Assembly: GCA_040398465.1 (NCBI GenBank)
Contig: JBBAUA010000001.1
Span: forward strand, 85,254-149,253
Source: Hyphomonadaceae bacterium
Lineage (GTDB): Bacteria > Pseudomonadota > Alphaproteobacteria > Caulobacterales > Hyphomonadaceae
Reading direction: 5' to 3'
Length of the DNA: 64,000 bases
Part shown: in pieces, positions 34,640 to 43,452 of the stretch
How the letters are laid out: every line of letters begins with the position of its first letter
Numbering within the stretch: the stretch's first letter is position 1
Position numbers and translations under genes: made by a program
Notes under the pieces: generated by a model
The model's input: only the letters and a program-made list of their open reading frames with translations
Told to the model about the DNA's origin: nothing
Databases searched by the model: none

Positions 34640-37132
34640 TCAGCCTGTACGGCGGCGGTTCCACCAGCCAGCTTTCCGCGGCGCCTCCCCAGCCGGGGCC
34701 GGAACTTCAGGCTCGCCATGGATCGCGTGGCGTCGGGCTTCGGCCGTCTCGGCTGCAGATGTGGCCGGTTCAGGATTGGACTCGACCGGCGCAGGCTGCG
34801 GGGCGGATGAGGCGATTTCGTGGTCGGTTGCCGGCGCCGGTTCCGTACGTGCAGCAACGGGTTCCGGCCGTGCCTCCGGCTCTGCGACGACGGCTTCCGC
34901 CGGTTCGCTTTCCACGGGAGCTGCGAACACGGGCGTAGGCTCGATCGGAGCGGCCGCCAGTGGCGCGGGTTCCCCGGCAGGTTCTTCCGGCTCCGGCGCG
35001 GCCTCGGCCACGAGGAAGGGGGCTGACGCGAGGAAGTCGAGCATCTCGCCACCATCTGCTGCGATGTCCGGCGTGCGATTGCGATCGCTGCGCTCGGGGC
35101 GATCGCCACGGCCGCCACGACGCCTGCGGCGTCCACCACGGCCGCGGCCTTCGTCGCGCTCGCCATCGTCGCGCGCAACGACCGGCTGCGCCTGCTCGGG
35201 CGTATCGCCATCTTCGGACTCTGCAGTCTCGCGACCGCGTTCCTTGCCACCGCGACGGCGGCGTCCGCCACGACGTCCACGACGCCCGCCGCGTCCGCGG
35301 TCGCGATCGCCGTCCTCGTCATCTGCGTCGGACGTGGATTCCTCCTCGGAGTCCTCTTCGTCCTCTTCGGTATCATGGCCTTCCTGGTCGTCCTCGGACT
35401 CGTCGTCGGAGTAGTCGACGATGTCGTCGTCTTCATCCTCGATTTCGTCAGGCGCCGGCGGGGGCAGCGGCTTCAGCTTGCGCAGGTCGATCGGCTGCAT
35501 CGGCTTGGGCTGAACGACATTGCCGTCAGCGCGGCCTTCGATGTTGAACTCGCCGGCCTTGAGGTCTTCGTCCGCCTCGATGCGGACGAGCACGTGGTTG
35601 TCGGACTCGATGGCGGCGATGGACGAGCGTTTCTCGTTGAGCAGGTAGAGGGCGACTTCAGCAGCAGCGTTGACATGCACGGTCTGCACGCGGTCGTCTG
35701 CTGCGCGGGCCTCGATCATGCGGAGCAGCTGGATCGCAGCGCTTTCGATCGAGCGCGTGCGGCCTGTGCCGCCGCAATGATCGCAGGGCTCGGACGACAA
35801 TTCCAGCACGCCTGCGCGACGGCGCTGGCGCGAGATCTCGAACAGGCCGAACTGCGAGATGCGGCCCGTCTGCACGCGGGCGCGGTCGATCTTCAGGCAG
35901 TCCTTCATCTTCTTTTCGACGGCCCGGTTGTTCTTCATGTCCTCCATGTCGATGAAGTCGATGACGATCAGGCCGGCGAGGTCACGCAGGCGCATCTGGC
36001 GTGCGGCTTCGGCTGCGGCTTCCAGGTTGGTCTTGAGCGCCGTGGTTTCCACGTTGCGTTCGCGCGTTGATTTGCCCGAGTTGACGTCGATGGCGACGAG
36101 CGCCTCGGTCTGGTTGATCACAATGTAGCCGCCGGAGGGCAACTGCACGGTCGGCGCGTAGATGCCTTCGAGCTGGTCCTCGACGCCGGTCATCACGAAG
36201 AGCGGGCCGTTGTCGTCATGATGGACGACCTTCCGCGTGTGCGATGGCATCAGCATTTTGACGAAGTTGCGGGCTTCGTTGTAGGCGTCCTCGCCCTCGA
36301 CGATGATGCGCTCGACGTCCTTGTCATAGAGGTCGCGGACCGCGCGCAGGACCAAATGGCCTTCTTCGTGGATGAGGGCAGGCGCCATCGATTCCATCGT
36401 CTTGCCGACGATCTGCTGCCAGAGCTTGGTGAGGTATTCGAAGTCGCGGCGCACCTCGTTCTTGGTGCGCTTGGCGCCCGCCGTGCGGACGATGAGGCCG
36501 GCGCCGCGCGGGATCTCGAACTCCGAAGTGATCGACTTGAGCCGCTTGCGGTCAGCCGCGTTGGTGATCTTGCGGGAGATGCCGCCGCCGCGCGACGTGT
36601 TGGGCATAAGCACGCAATAGCGGCCGGCGAGTGACAGATAGGTGGTCAGCGCCGCGCCCTTGTTGCCGCGCTCTTCCTTCACGACCTGCACCAGCATCAC
36701 CTGCCGGCGGCGAATGACTTCCTGGATCTTGTACTTCCGCTGGAACAGGGCGTTGCGGCGGTTCTGCTTGCGCTCCTCCTCCTCGTCGGAGGCATCGTCG
36801 CCGCCGTTCTCTGAGGAGGTTTCGTCCTCGTCGTCGTCGCCATCTTCCTCGTCAGCTTCGGCAAGAAGCGCTTCGCGGTCTTCCTTGGGGATCTGGTAGT
36901 AGTCGGGATGGATCTCGGCGAAGGCCAAGAAGCCGTGGCGGTTGCCGCCATAGTCGACAAAGGCCGCCTGTAGGGACGGTTCGACCCGTGTTACCTTGGC
37001 AAGATAGATATTCCCGCGAAGCTGGCGCTTGTTGCGGGCTTCGAAATCAAAGTCTTCGATCTGACCGTCTGCGACGACGGCCACCCGGGTCTCCTCCGGG
37101 TGGGTGGCGTCGATCAACATGAGCTTGCTCAT
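34640..37132 (-). CDS. rne: ribonuclease E
   Basis: S1 domain plus RNase E/G catalytic N-terminal half (MLIDATHPEETRVAV..., GLIVIDFIDM). Arg-rich and acidic low-complexity C-terminal half. Confidence 0.95.
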   Translation of the reverse strand: MSKLMLIDATHPEETRVAVVADGQIEDFDFEARNKRQLRGNIYLAKVTRVEPSLQAAFVDYGGNRHGFLAFAEIHPDYYQIPKEDREALLAEADEEDGDDDEDETSSENGGDDASDEEEERKQNRRNALFQRKYKIQEVIRRRQVMLVQVVKEERGNKGAALTTYLSLAGRYCVLMPNTSRGGGISRKITNAADRKRLKSITSEFEIPRGAGLIVRTAGAKRTKNEVRRDFEYLTKLWQQIVGKTMESMAPALIHEEGHLVLRAVRDLYDKDVERIIVEGEDAYNEARNFVKMLMPSHTRKVVHHDDNGPLFVMTGVEDQLEGIYAPTVQLPSGGYIVINQTEALVAIDVNSGKSTRERNVETTALKTNLEAAAEAARQMRLRDLAGLIVIDFIDMEDMKNNRAVEKKMKDCLKIDRARVQTGRISQFGLFEISRQRRRAGVLELSSEPCDHCGGTGRTRSIESAAIQLLRMIEARAADDRVQTVHVNAAAEVALYLLNEKRSSIAAIESDNHVLVRIEADEDLKAGEFNIEGRADGNVVQPKPMQPIDLRKLKPLPPPAPDEIEDEDDDIVDYSDDESEDDQEGHDTEEDEEDSEEESTSDADDEDGDRDRGRGGRRGRRGGRRRRGGKERGRETAESEDGDTPEQAQPVVARDDGERDEGRGRGGRRRRRGGRGDRPERSDRNRTPDIAADGGEMLDFLASAPFLVAEAAPEPEEPAGEPAPLAAAPIEPTPVFAAPVESEPAEAVVAEPEARPEPVAARTEPAPATDHEIASSAPQPAPVESNPEPATSAAETAEARRHAIHGEPEVPAPAGEAPRKAGWWNRRRTG

Positions 37133-37451
37133 GGATGGGAACCTCGTGTGAACAGCGGGCGGCGCGCAGATGCGCTGCCTTGGCCCGCGAATGGGTTGCT
37201 GGTGGTAGTGGCGAGAGGGCCCTGCGTCCGGTCTGGCTGACTGAATCTCGCGAAATCGCGTTCATAATGCCCTGACCATGGCGGCAGCTGGGACGCTCAC
37301 CGCCGTAACGCTTTAGCCGTTTAGCGCCCTGTACTGGATAGGTTTTTTCTGAAAAACCGCCGCCAGGACGCGCAAGGCATGTCGCTGGGACCGCCTTGTG
37401 ACTCACCTATGCACGCATTGCAGGCAGAGGGGAAGGGTCCGATTGCCCCTG

Positions 37452-37928
37452 TCAGGACAGTGGACAAGGGCGGTTGTGGGCGATTACGCCGACGCGCTTG
37501 ACGCGTCCGTCAACGTTTCCGACCTCGAAATAGATGTCCCCGTAGTCGTACATTGTTGTGTCGGGGCGGTTCTCGACGCAGCGCGGCTTGCCAAGCGTCG
37601 CCCGCGCGAAGATCTGCTCGGCGCCCGGCCGCACGCCGTCCTGGGTATGGAAACGGGCGTCCTCGGTGATGATCCAGTAGACCTTGTCATCCGCACCCAC
37701 GGTCAGGCCGTTGGGAAAGGTATAGGTCGTGGCGTCTGTGCTGGGGATCGGCGCCGTGCGTACAGGGGCCCCCTTGACCGCCAGCAGGGTCGCCAGCGGC
37801 ATGCCGATCTCGATCTCGCCGATCCTCTTTCCGCGGACGACAAGGTCGTCGTTCAGGTTGGGCGGCGCGGTGGCGCAGGCCGCCAGGAGAAGCGCCGCGA
37901 GCGAATAGCTCAGCTTCAGAGCCTTCAT
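37452..37928 (-). CDS. hypothetical lipoprotein
   Basis: ATG at 37928. Lipobox LLLAAC. No family motif recognised. Confidence 0.55.
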   Translation of the reverse strand: MKALKLSYSLAALLLAACATAPPNLNDDLVVRGKRIGEIEIGMPLATLLAVKGAPVRTAPIPSTDATTYTFPNGLTVGADDKVYWIITEDARFHTQDGVRPGAEQIFARATLGKPRCVENRPDTTMYDYGDIYFEVGNVDGRVKRVGVIAHNRPCPLS

Positions 37929-38110
37929 CGTCGATGATCTCGTTCCGTGCGCCCCGCAGACCTCGAGCACATCTGATAGCGCAGCTTCTGTCGAGCGTCA
38001 GCCTCCATCCCAACGAACAGTTAACGCTGCCCCGCTACTGCTCAACCTTCGGCCAGAATGGCCTGTCGTCGCTTGTATGTAAGGTGCTGCGGAACGTGCG
38101 GGCCTGGTTG

Positions 38111-39289
38111 ATGACCATCGTGTCGCTTGTCGGCCTCGCCATGTTGGCGGGTGTCGGTGCGCAGGCTGCGCCGCCGGTTGAACGCGTGACGGCGGTGCGG
38201 ATCGGCGGTGAGGGGCAGGCGACCCGCGTGGTCGTCGAGTCGGATGCGCCGCTCAAGTATCATGTCTTCCTGCTGGCTGCCGGCGCCAGCCGTGTTGTAA
38301 TCGACCTGCCGCGCGTGCGCTGGTCCATCAACGGGCTCACCGCCGAGGCTGGTTCGGGCAAGGGAAGTGGCGTCGTCTCTGGCTTCCGGTATGCCCACAA
38401 TACCGCATCCACATCGCGTCTCGTGCTTGACCTCGCCAGGCCGGCGGTGGTTGCCCGCGAGTTCATGCTGGCGCCGAAAACCAGCGGCGAGCGGCACAAG
38501 CTTGTCCTAGATCTCGAGCCCGCGACGACAGAGGCTTTTGCCGCTGCAGCCAACGACGCTGCGCCGGGACCGGCGCCAGCGCCGCAGCAGGCGGCCCGCA
38601 AGCCGCTGATCGTCATCGACCCCGGCCATGGCGGCAAGGACCCCGGTGCGGTCTCGAAATCGGGCCTTTATGAAAAGGATGTCACGCTTGCTGCTGCGCT
38701 CGCGCTGCGTGACGCACTCCTCAAGTGCGAACGCTACGACGTTGCGCTGACGCGTTCGACGGACATCTTCATCGAACTGGAGGAACGGGTCACCAAGGCG
38801 CGCAATCTGGGCGCTGACCTGTTCATCGCGCTGCACGCCGACGCCGGGCCGAAGGCGACCACCAGCGGCGCCTCGGTCTATACGCTCTCGCAGGAGGGCG
38901 AAAAGCGCATCGACGGCGCTCGCAAGCAGAATGACTGGATTCTCGACGTGGAGATCGACAGCGACCGGCCGGAGGAGGTCAACAGGATCCTCGCCGATCT
39001 GGTCCAGCGCGAAACGAAGAACCAGTCGGCTCGCTTTGCGCAAATGCTCGCCGAGTCGATTGCAGCGGCCGACTGGCCGACCCTGGAGAACACACATCGC
39101 CAGAAGGGGTTCTTCGTGCTCCTGAGCCCTGACGTTCCTGCCGCCCTGCTCGAGATGGGGTTCATGACCAATGACATCGACGCGGCAGCGATGGTTTCGG
39201 AAAGCAAACGGCGCAAGCTGGTCAAGGGCGTCGTTACCGCGATCGACCACTTCTTCGAGAACCAGACGCATCTGGTCGCCGCGCGCTGA
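38111..39289 (+). CDS. amiC: N-acetylmuramoyl-L-alanine amidase (AMIN domain plus Amidase_3)
   Basis: AMIN-like N-terminus (RVVVESDAPLKYHVF) and amidase_3 motifs IVIDPGHGGKDPGA and FIALHAD. A GTG at 38084 is an alternative start that gives a better signal-peptide n-region. Confidence 0.88.
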   Translation: MTIVSLVGLAMLAGVGAQAAPPVERVTAVRIGGEGQATRVVVESDAPLKYHVFLLAAGASRVVIDLPRVRWSINGLTAEAGSGKGSGVVSGFRYAHNTASTSRLVLDLARPAVVAREFMLAPKTSGERHKLVLDLEPATTEAFAAAANDAAPGPAPAPQQAARKPLIVIDPGHGGKDPGAVSKSGLYEKDVTLAAALALRDALLKCERYDVALTRSTDIFIELEERVTKARNLGADLFIALHADAGPKATTSGASVYTLSQEGEKRIDGARKQNDWILDVEIDSDRPEEVNRILADLVQRETKNQSARFAQMLAESIAAADWPTLENTHRQKGFFVLLSPDVPAALLEMGFMTNDIDAAAMVSESKRRKLVKGVVTAIDHFFENQTHLVAAR

Positions 39290-39510
39290 CCGATCTTTGC
39301 AGATTGAGTCCCGGCTGGGCCGCAAAGCCTCCAAACGACGTGGGACGGATGCGGCAAGTATGTTCTGAGTTTAACCCTCCGGAGGCCTGTCATCCGCAGG
39401 TTCCACGCCTTAAAGTCACCGCAAATAATGGTGATTCCGAGCCTTCAGGTATGCCGTCCCGAAAGGGCGGAACGACCTGTGTCTGGATTGCCCGTTTCGG
39501 CCGGTGAGAA

Positions 39511-42171
39511 ATGCAACTGACGATGTCCCGTTGGAACTGGAAGACGATCCTGATCTCGATCGCATCCGTGATCGGGATAGCGATCGTGGCGTTCGTCGTC
39601 TGGTTCTTCATCGTGACGCAGAACCTTCCCTCCGAAGAGCAGCTGCGGAACTACGAGCCGCCGATCATGAGCCGCGTTCACGCCGGCGACGGCAAGCTGG
39701 TGGCCGAGTTCGCGACCGAGCACCGCGTCTACGTGCCATCGGAAGAACTGCCCGAGCAGCTGGTGCAGGCCTTCATCTCGGCTGAAGACAAGTCGTTCTT
39801 CGAGCACTCCGGCATCGACCTGTGGGGCATGTTCCGCGGCACCGTGCTGAACGCGCTGCAAGGCAAACGCATGACGGGCGGCTCCACGATCACGCAGCAG
39901 GTCGTGAAGAACATGCTGACCGGCGACGAGCGCTCGGTTGATCGCAAGGTGCGCGAAGCCGTGCTCGCGATGCGCATCGAAGGGCAGCTCAGCAAGGAGC
40001 AGATTCTCGAACTCTACATGAACGAGATCTATCTTGGCGGACGCTCCTACGGCGTTGGCGCTGCCGCGCTGAACTATTTCGGGAAGTCGCTTGGCCAGCT
40101 CACCCTTGCCGAGAGCGCGATGCTCGCCGGACTGCCGCAGGCGCCAGGGCGGGTGAACCCGCTGTTAAATCCCGAAGCTGCAACGAAGCGACGCAATTAC
40201 GTGATCGGCCGCATGCTCGAGAACGGCTTCGTCGACAAGGCCGCCGCAGATGCTGCTTATGCAGAGCCGCTGAAAGTCGTCGATCGTCTCAACTCGGACG
40301 AGAACGTTGCATCGGCCTACTATGTCGAAGAGCTCCGCAAGGAGATCATGTCGCTCGGCGAGCAGAAGAAGCTCGAAGGCATCGACAGCCGTGAGAGCGC
40401 CAGCAAGGCGCTGCTCGGCGGCGGCCTCTCCATCCGCTCGACGCTCGATTCAAACCTGCAGCTGATCGCGCAGACGGCTTTGCGCGCTGGCCTCGAAAGC
40501 TATGACCGCCGCCATGGTTGGCGCGGCCCGATCGGTACGATCGAGGTAAGCGACACGTTCGGCGAGGATCTCAAGAAGTTCGCCAATGTGGAAGCCAACA
40601 AGACTGTCGTTGGCGGGGCCGGCAATGACTGGCGGACCGCCGTTGTTAGGTCGGTGTCGCGCGAAAACGTCCGTCTGGGACTCGACGGCGGCGAGACGGG
40701 AACGCTGCATGCGGACGATGTGAAGTGGGCCGCGAACTTCAAGCGCAAGGAAGGCGGCACGGGCCTCAAGGCGGGCGACGTGATCTTCGTCGCGGGCGCT
40801 CCGGCGCCCGATATCACGGTGCAGCTGATCACGGAGTATGGCGTGCCGAAAAATCGCGCCGCGAATGCGCCATGGCGGCTGCGCCAGGTGCCAGCCGTGC
40901 AGGGCGCGCTTGTGGCGATGGACCCGCACACGGGACGCATCCTCGCGATGACGGGCGGCTATTCGTTCGTGTCGAGCAAGTTCAACCGCGCCATCCAGGC
41001 CAAGCGCCAGCCGGGCTCGTCGTTCAAGCCGTTCGTGTACGCGGCTGCGATGGAAACGCCGGATCCGGCGACCGGCCTTTACAAGTGGACGCCGTCCTAC
41101 CGCGTTCTCGATACGCCTTACGTGTCGTGCCAGACGATCGCGGGCGAGGAGACCTGCTACAAGCCGCAGAACTATTCGGAACAGTTCTACGGCCTGACGC
41201 CGCTTCGCATCGGCGTCGAAAAATCGCGCAACGCGATGACTGTGCGTCTCGCCTCGGAGATCGGTTTCGACAAGGTCTCCGCGATCGGCGAGCGCCTGGG
41301 CATCTATGACAAGCTGCCGCCATATGAATCGATGGCGCTCGGCGCCGGCGATACCACACTCATGCGCATGGCCGTCGCCTATGCGGAGACAGTGAACGGC
41401 GGCAAGCAGGTTCGGCCGGTCATGTTCGACCGTATCCAGAACCGCTATGGCAAGACCGTTTTCCGCACCGACCAGCGCGCGTGCGAGAACTGCTCGACCG
41501 AATGGAAGGGCGGAATGGCGCCGCCTGTGCTGGCTGACGATCGCCAGCAGGTCATGGATCCGATTACGGCGTATCAGGTCGTCTCGATCCTCGAAGGCGC
41601 AGTTCAGCGCGGCACAGGCAGCACGATCCGCTCCGTGGGCAAGCCTGTCGCAGCAAAAACCGGAACGACCAACGACCAGTTCGATGCTTGGACGATGGGG
41701 TTCAGCCCGGATCTTGTCGCCGGTGTATGGATCGGCTTCGACACGCCGCGCGACATGGGCACGGGCGAGAGCGGCGGCCGCGTTGCGGCGCCGGTGTTCC
41801 GCGACTTCATGCTTGCGGCGCTGAAGGATCGTCCGGCGGTCACTTTCCGGGTGCCGAACGGCGTCGAGCATGTCGAGGTCGATGCCGATACAGGGTGCCA
41901 GCCGGGACCGGACACGCGTCTCATCATCACCGAGGCTTTCCGCCCGGGTTCTGCGCCGACGGACCGTTGTGAAGCGCCGGTTGGCGCCGATGGCTATCGC
42001 GTCGACTTCAGCAAGGTGGCGGCGGGCGATGAAACGGCCTCGGCGACGCGCGACGGTCAGGTGACGTCACAGCCCGACCCGGGCCTGCCTGTCGATCCGA
42101 ACAATCCTCAGCCCCAGCCCGGCGAGCCCGTTGAGGACGAGGATTTGACTTTCGACGACGGCACCTTCTAG
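39511..42171 (+). CDS. mrcA: penicillin-binding protein 1A (bifunctional glycosyltransferase/transpeptidase)
   Basis: GT51 motifs (EDKSFFEHSGID, GGSTITQQ, RKVREA). Transpeptidase motifs SSFKP and KTGTT. Confidence 0.95.
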   Translation: MQLTMSRWNWKTILISIASVIGIAIVAFVVWFFIVTQNLPSEEQLRNYEPPIMSRVHAGDGKLVAEFATEHRVYVPSEELPEQLVQAFISAEDKSFFEHSGIDLWGMFRGTVLNALQGKRMTGGSTITQQVVKNMLTGDERSVDRKVREAVLAMRIEGQLSKEQILELYMNEIYLGGRSYGVGAAALNYFGKSLGQLTLAESAMLAGLPQAPGRVNPLLNPEAATKRRNYVIGRMLENGFVDKAAADAAYAEPLKVVDRLNSDENVASAYYVEELRKEIMSLGEQKKLEGIDSRESASKALLGGGLSIRSTLDSNLQLIAQTALRAGLESYDRRHGWRGPIGTIEVSDTFGEDLKKFANVEANKTVVGGAGNDWRTAVVRSVSRENVRLGLDGGETGTLHADDVKWAANFKRKEGGTGLKAGDVIFVAGAPAPDITVQLITEYGVPKNRAANAPWRLRQVPAVQGALVAMDPHTGRILAMTGGYSFVSSKFNRAIQAKRQPGSSFKPFVYAAAMETPDPATGLYKWTPSYRVLDTPYVSCQTIAGEETCYKPQNYSEQFYGLTPLRIGVEKSRNAMTVRLASEIGFDKVSAIGERLGIYDKLPPYESMALGAGDTTLMRMAVAYAETVNGGKQVRPVMFDRIQNRYGKTVFRTDQRACENCSTEWKGGMAPPVLADDRQQVMDPITAYQVVSILEGAVQRGTGSTIRSVGKPVAAKTGTTNDQFDAWTMGFSPDLVAGVWIGFDTPRDMGTGESGGRVAAPVFRDFMLAALKDRPAVTFRVPNGVEHVEVDADTGCQPGPDTRLIITEAFRPGSAPTDRCEAPVGADGYRVDFSKVAAGDETASATRDGQVTSQPDPGLPVDPNNPQPQPGEPVEDEDLTFDDGTF

Positions 42172-42207
42172 ACGCTTCGTTCCCGAAGCGCGGACACAGA
42201 GCCAGCC

Positions 42208-43333
42208 ATGACGCCTGAAGTCGAAAACATGATCGAGACGATCCGGCAGTCGGTGAGCCTGCTCCGGAGGCGTCTTTGACTGGGGATTCGCAGAGAAACG
42301 CCTCGCGGAGCTGAACGCACTTTCGGAACGGCCTGACTTCTGGAGCGACCCCCAGAAGGCGCAGCCGCTGATGCGCGAACGCACCCGGCTTGAGTCGGCG
42401 ATGAACGACATCCGCATGCTGGAGCGCGAGGCGGACGACGCCGTCGACCTGTGGGACATGGCGGAGGCTGAAGGCGACAAGGTTTCGCTGGCGGAAGTGG
42501 CGGCCAGCGTGCGGGCGGCGCTCGCGAAGGCGAAGGATGCCGAGCTGAAGGCGCTGCTGTCAGGTGAGGTCGACGCGAACGACTGCTATATCGAGATCAA
42601 CGCAGGCGCGGGCGGCACGGAGAGCCAGGACTGGGCCTCAATGCTGCGCCGGATGTATGTGCGCTATGCGAACGCCAAGGGCTGGAAGATCGAGGAGATC
42701 GACGACCACCCGGGCGAGACGGCGGGCATCAAGTCAGCAACGATGCTGATCAAGGGCGAGTATGCCTATGGCTGGCTGAAGAGCGAGAGCGGCGTCCATC
42801 GCCTCGTGCGCATATCGCCCTACGATTCCAACGCGCGGCGGCATACAAGCTTTGCGAGCGTGTGGGTCTATCCAGTGATCGACGACACCATCGTCGTCGA
42901 CATCAAGGACAGCGACGTCCGCACCGACACTTACCGCGCATCCGGATCAGGCGGCCAGCACATCAACAAGACAGACAGCGCCGTGCGCCTTACGCACGCC
43001 CCGACCGGGATTGTTGTCGCGGTGCAGGCGGAGCGATCGCAGCACAAGAACCGCGCCAAGGCGTGGGACATGCTGCGCGCGCGGATCTACGAGATGGAGC
43101 TGAAGAAGCGCGAGGCTGCGGCGCAGGCCGAGGCCGACTCGAAGACCGAGATCGGCTGGGGCCGGCAGATACGCTCCTACGTGCTTCAGCCATACCAGAT
43201 GGTGAAAGACCTGCGGACGGGCGTGGAAACGTCCGATACCGGTGGCGTGCTCGATGGCGATCTCGATGCATTCCTGCAGGCCTCGCTCAGCCACAAGCTT
43301 GGCCCGGAGACCGCAGTTCAGGATCTCGACTGA
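42208..43333 (+). CDS. prfB: peptide chain release factor 2 (requires programmed +1 frameshift: 42208..42276 joined to 42278..43333)
   Basis: A 23-codon frame-0 leader ends CTT TGA C with GGAGG 3 nt upstream. The +1 frame continues [13 protein letters not shown]...[11 protein letters not shown] and joins the track ORF at 42371. GGQ motif present ([10 protein letters not shown]). Confidence 0.93.
42266..42280 (+). promoter_or_regulatory. prfB autoregulatory +1 frameshift site (internal SD GGAGG, slippery CTT, in-frame TGA followed by C)
   Basis: The sequence GGAGG CGT CTT TGA C read directly. Same architecture as the classic E. coli prfB site. Confidence 0.9.
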
Positions 43334-43385
43334 GCGGGAAAACGGGCGACGCACAGACGGACTGACAAACCGGTTGCGAGTGGCG

Positions 43386-43408
43386 GATTTATCGATTATC
43401 GATAAATC
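43386..43408. promoter_or_regulatory. AT-rich perfect palindrome, candidate Fur-family (Fur/Zur) operator
   Basis: GATTTATCGAT-T-ATCGATAAATC: 11-bp arms around a 1-nt centre. It lies 45 nt upstream of the TonB-dependent receptor ATG in otherwise GC-rich DNA and contains GATAAT/GATAAA hexamers. Confidence 0.4.
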
Positions 43409-43452
43409 AAGGTCAGGCGGCCGAATCCGCCATCGCGCGGAGCTGTCCCGTC

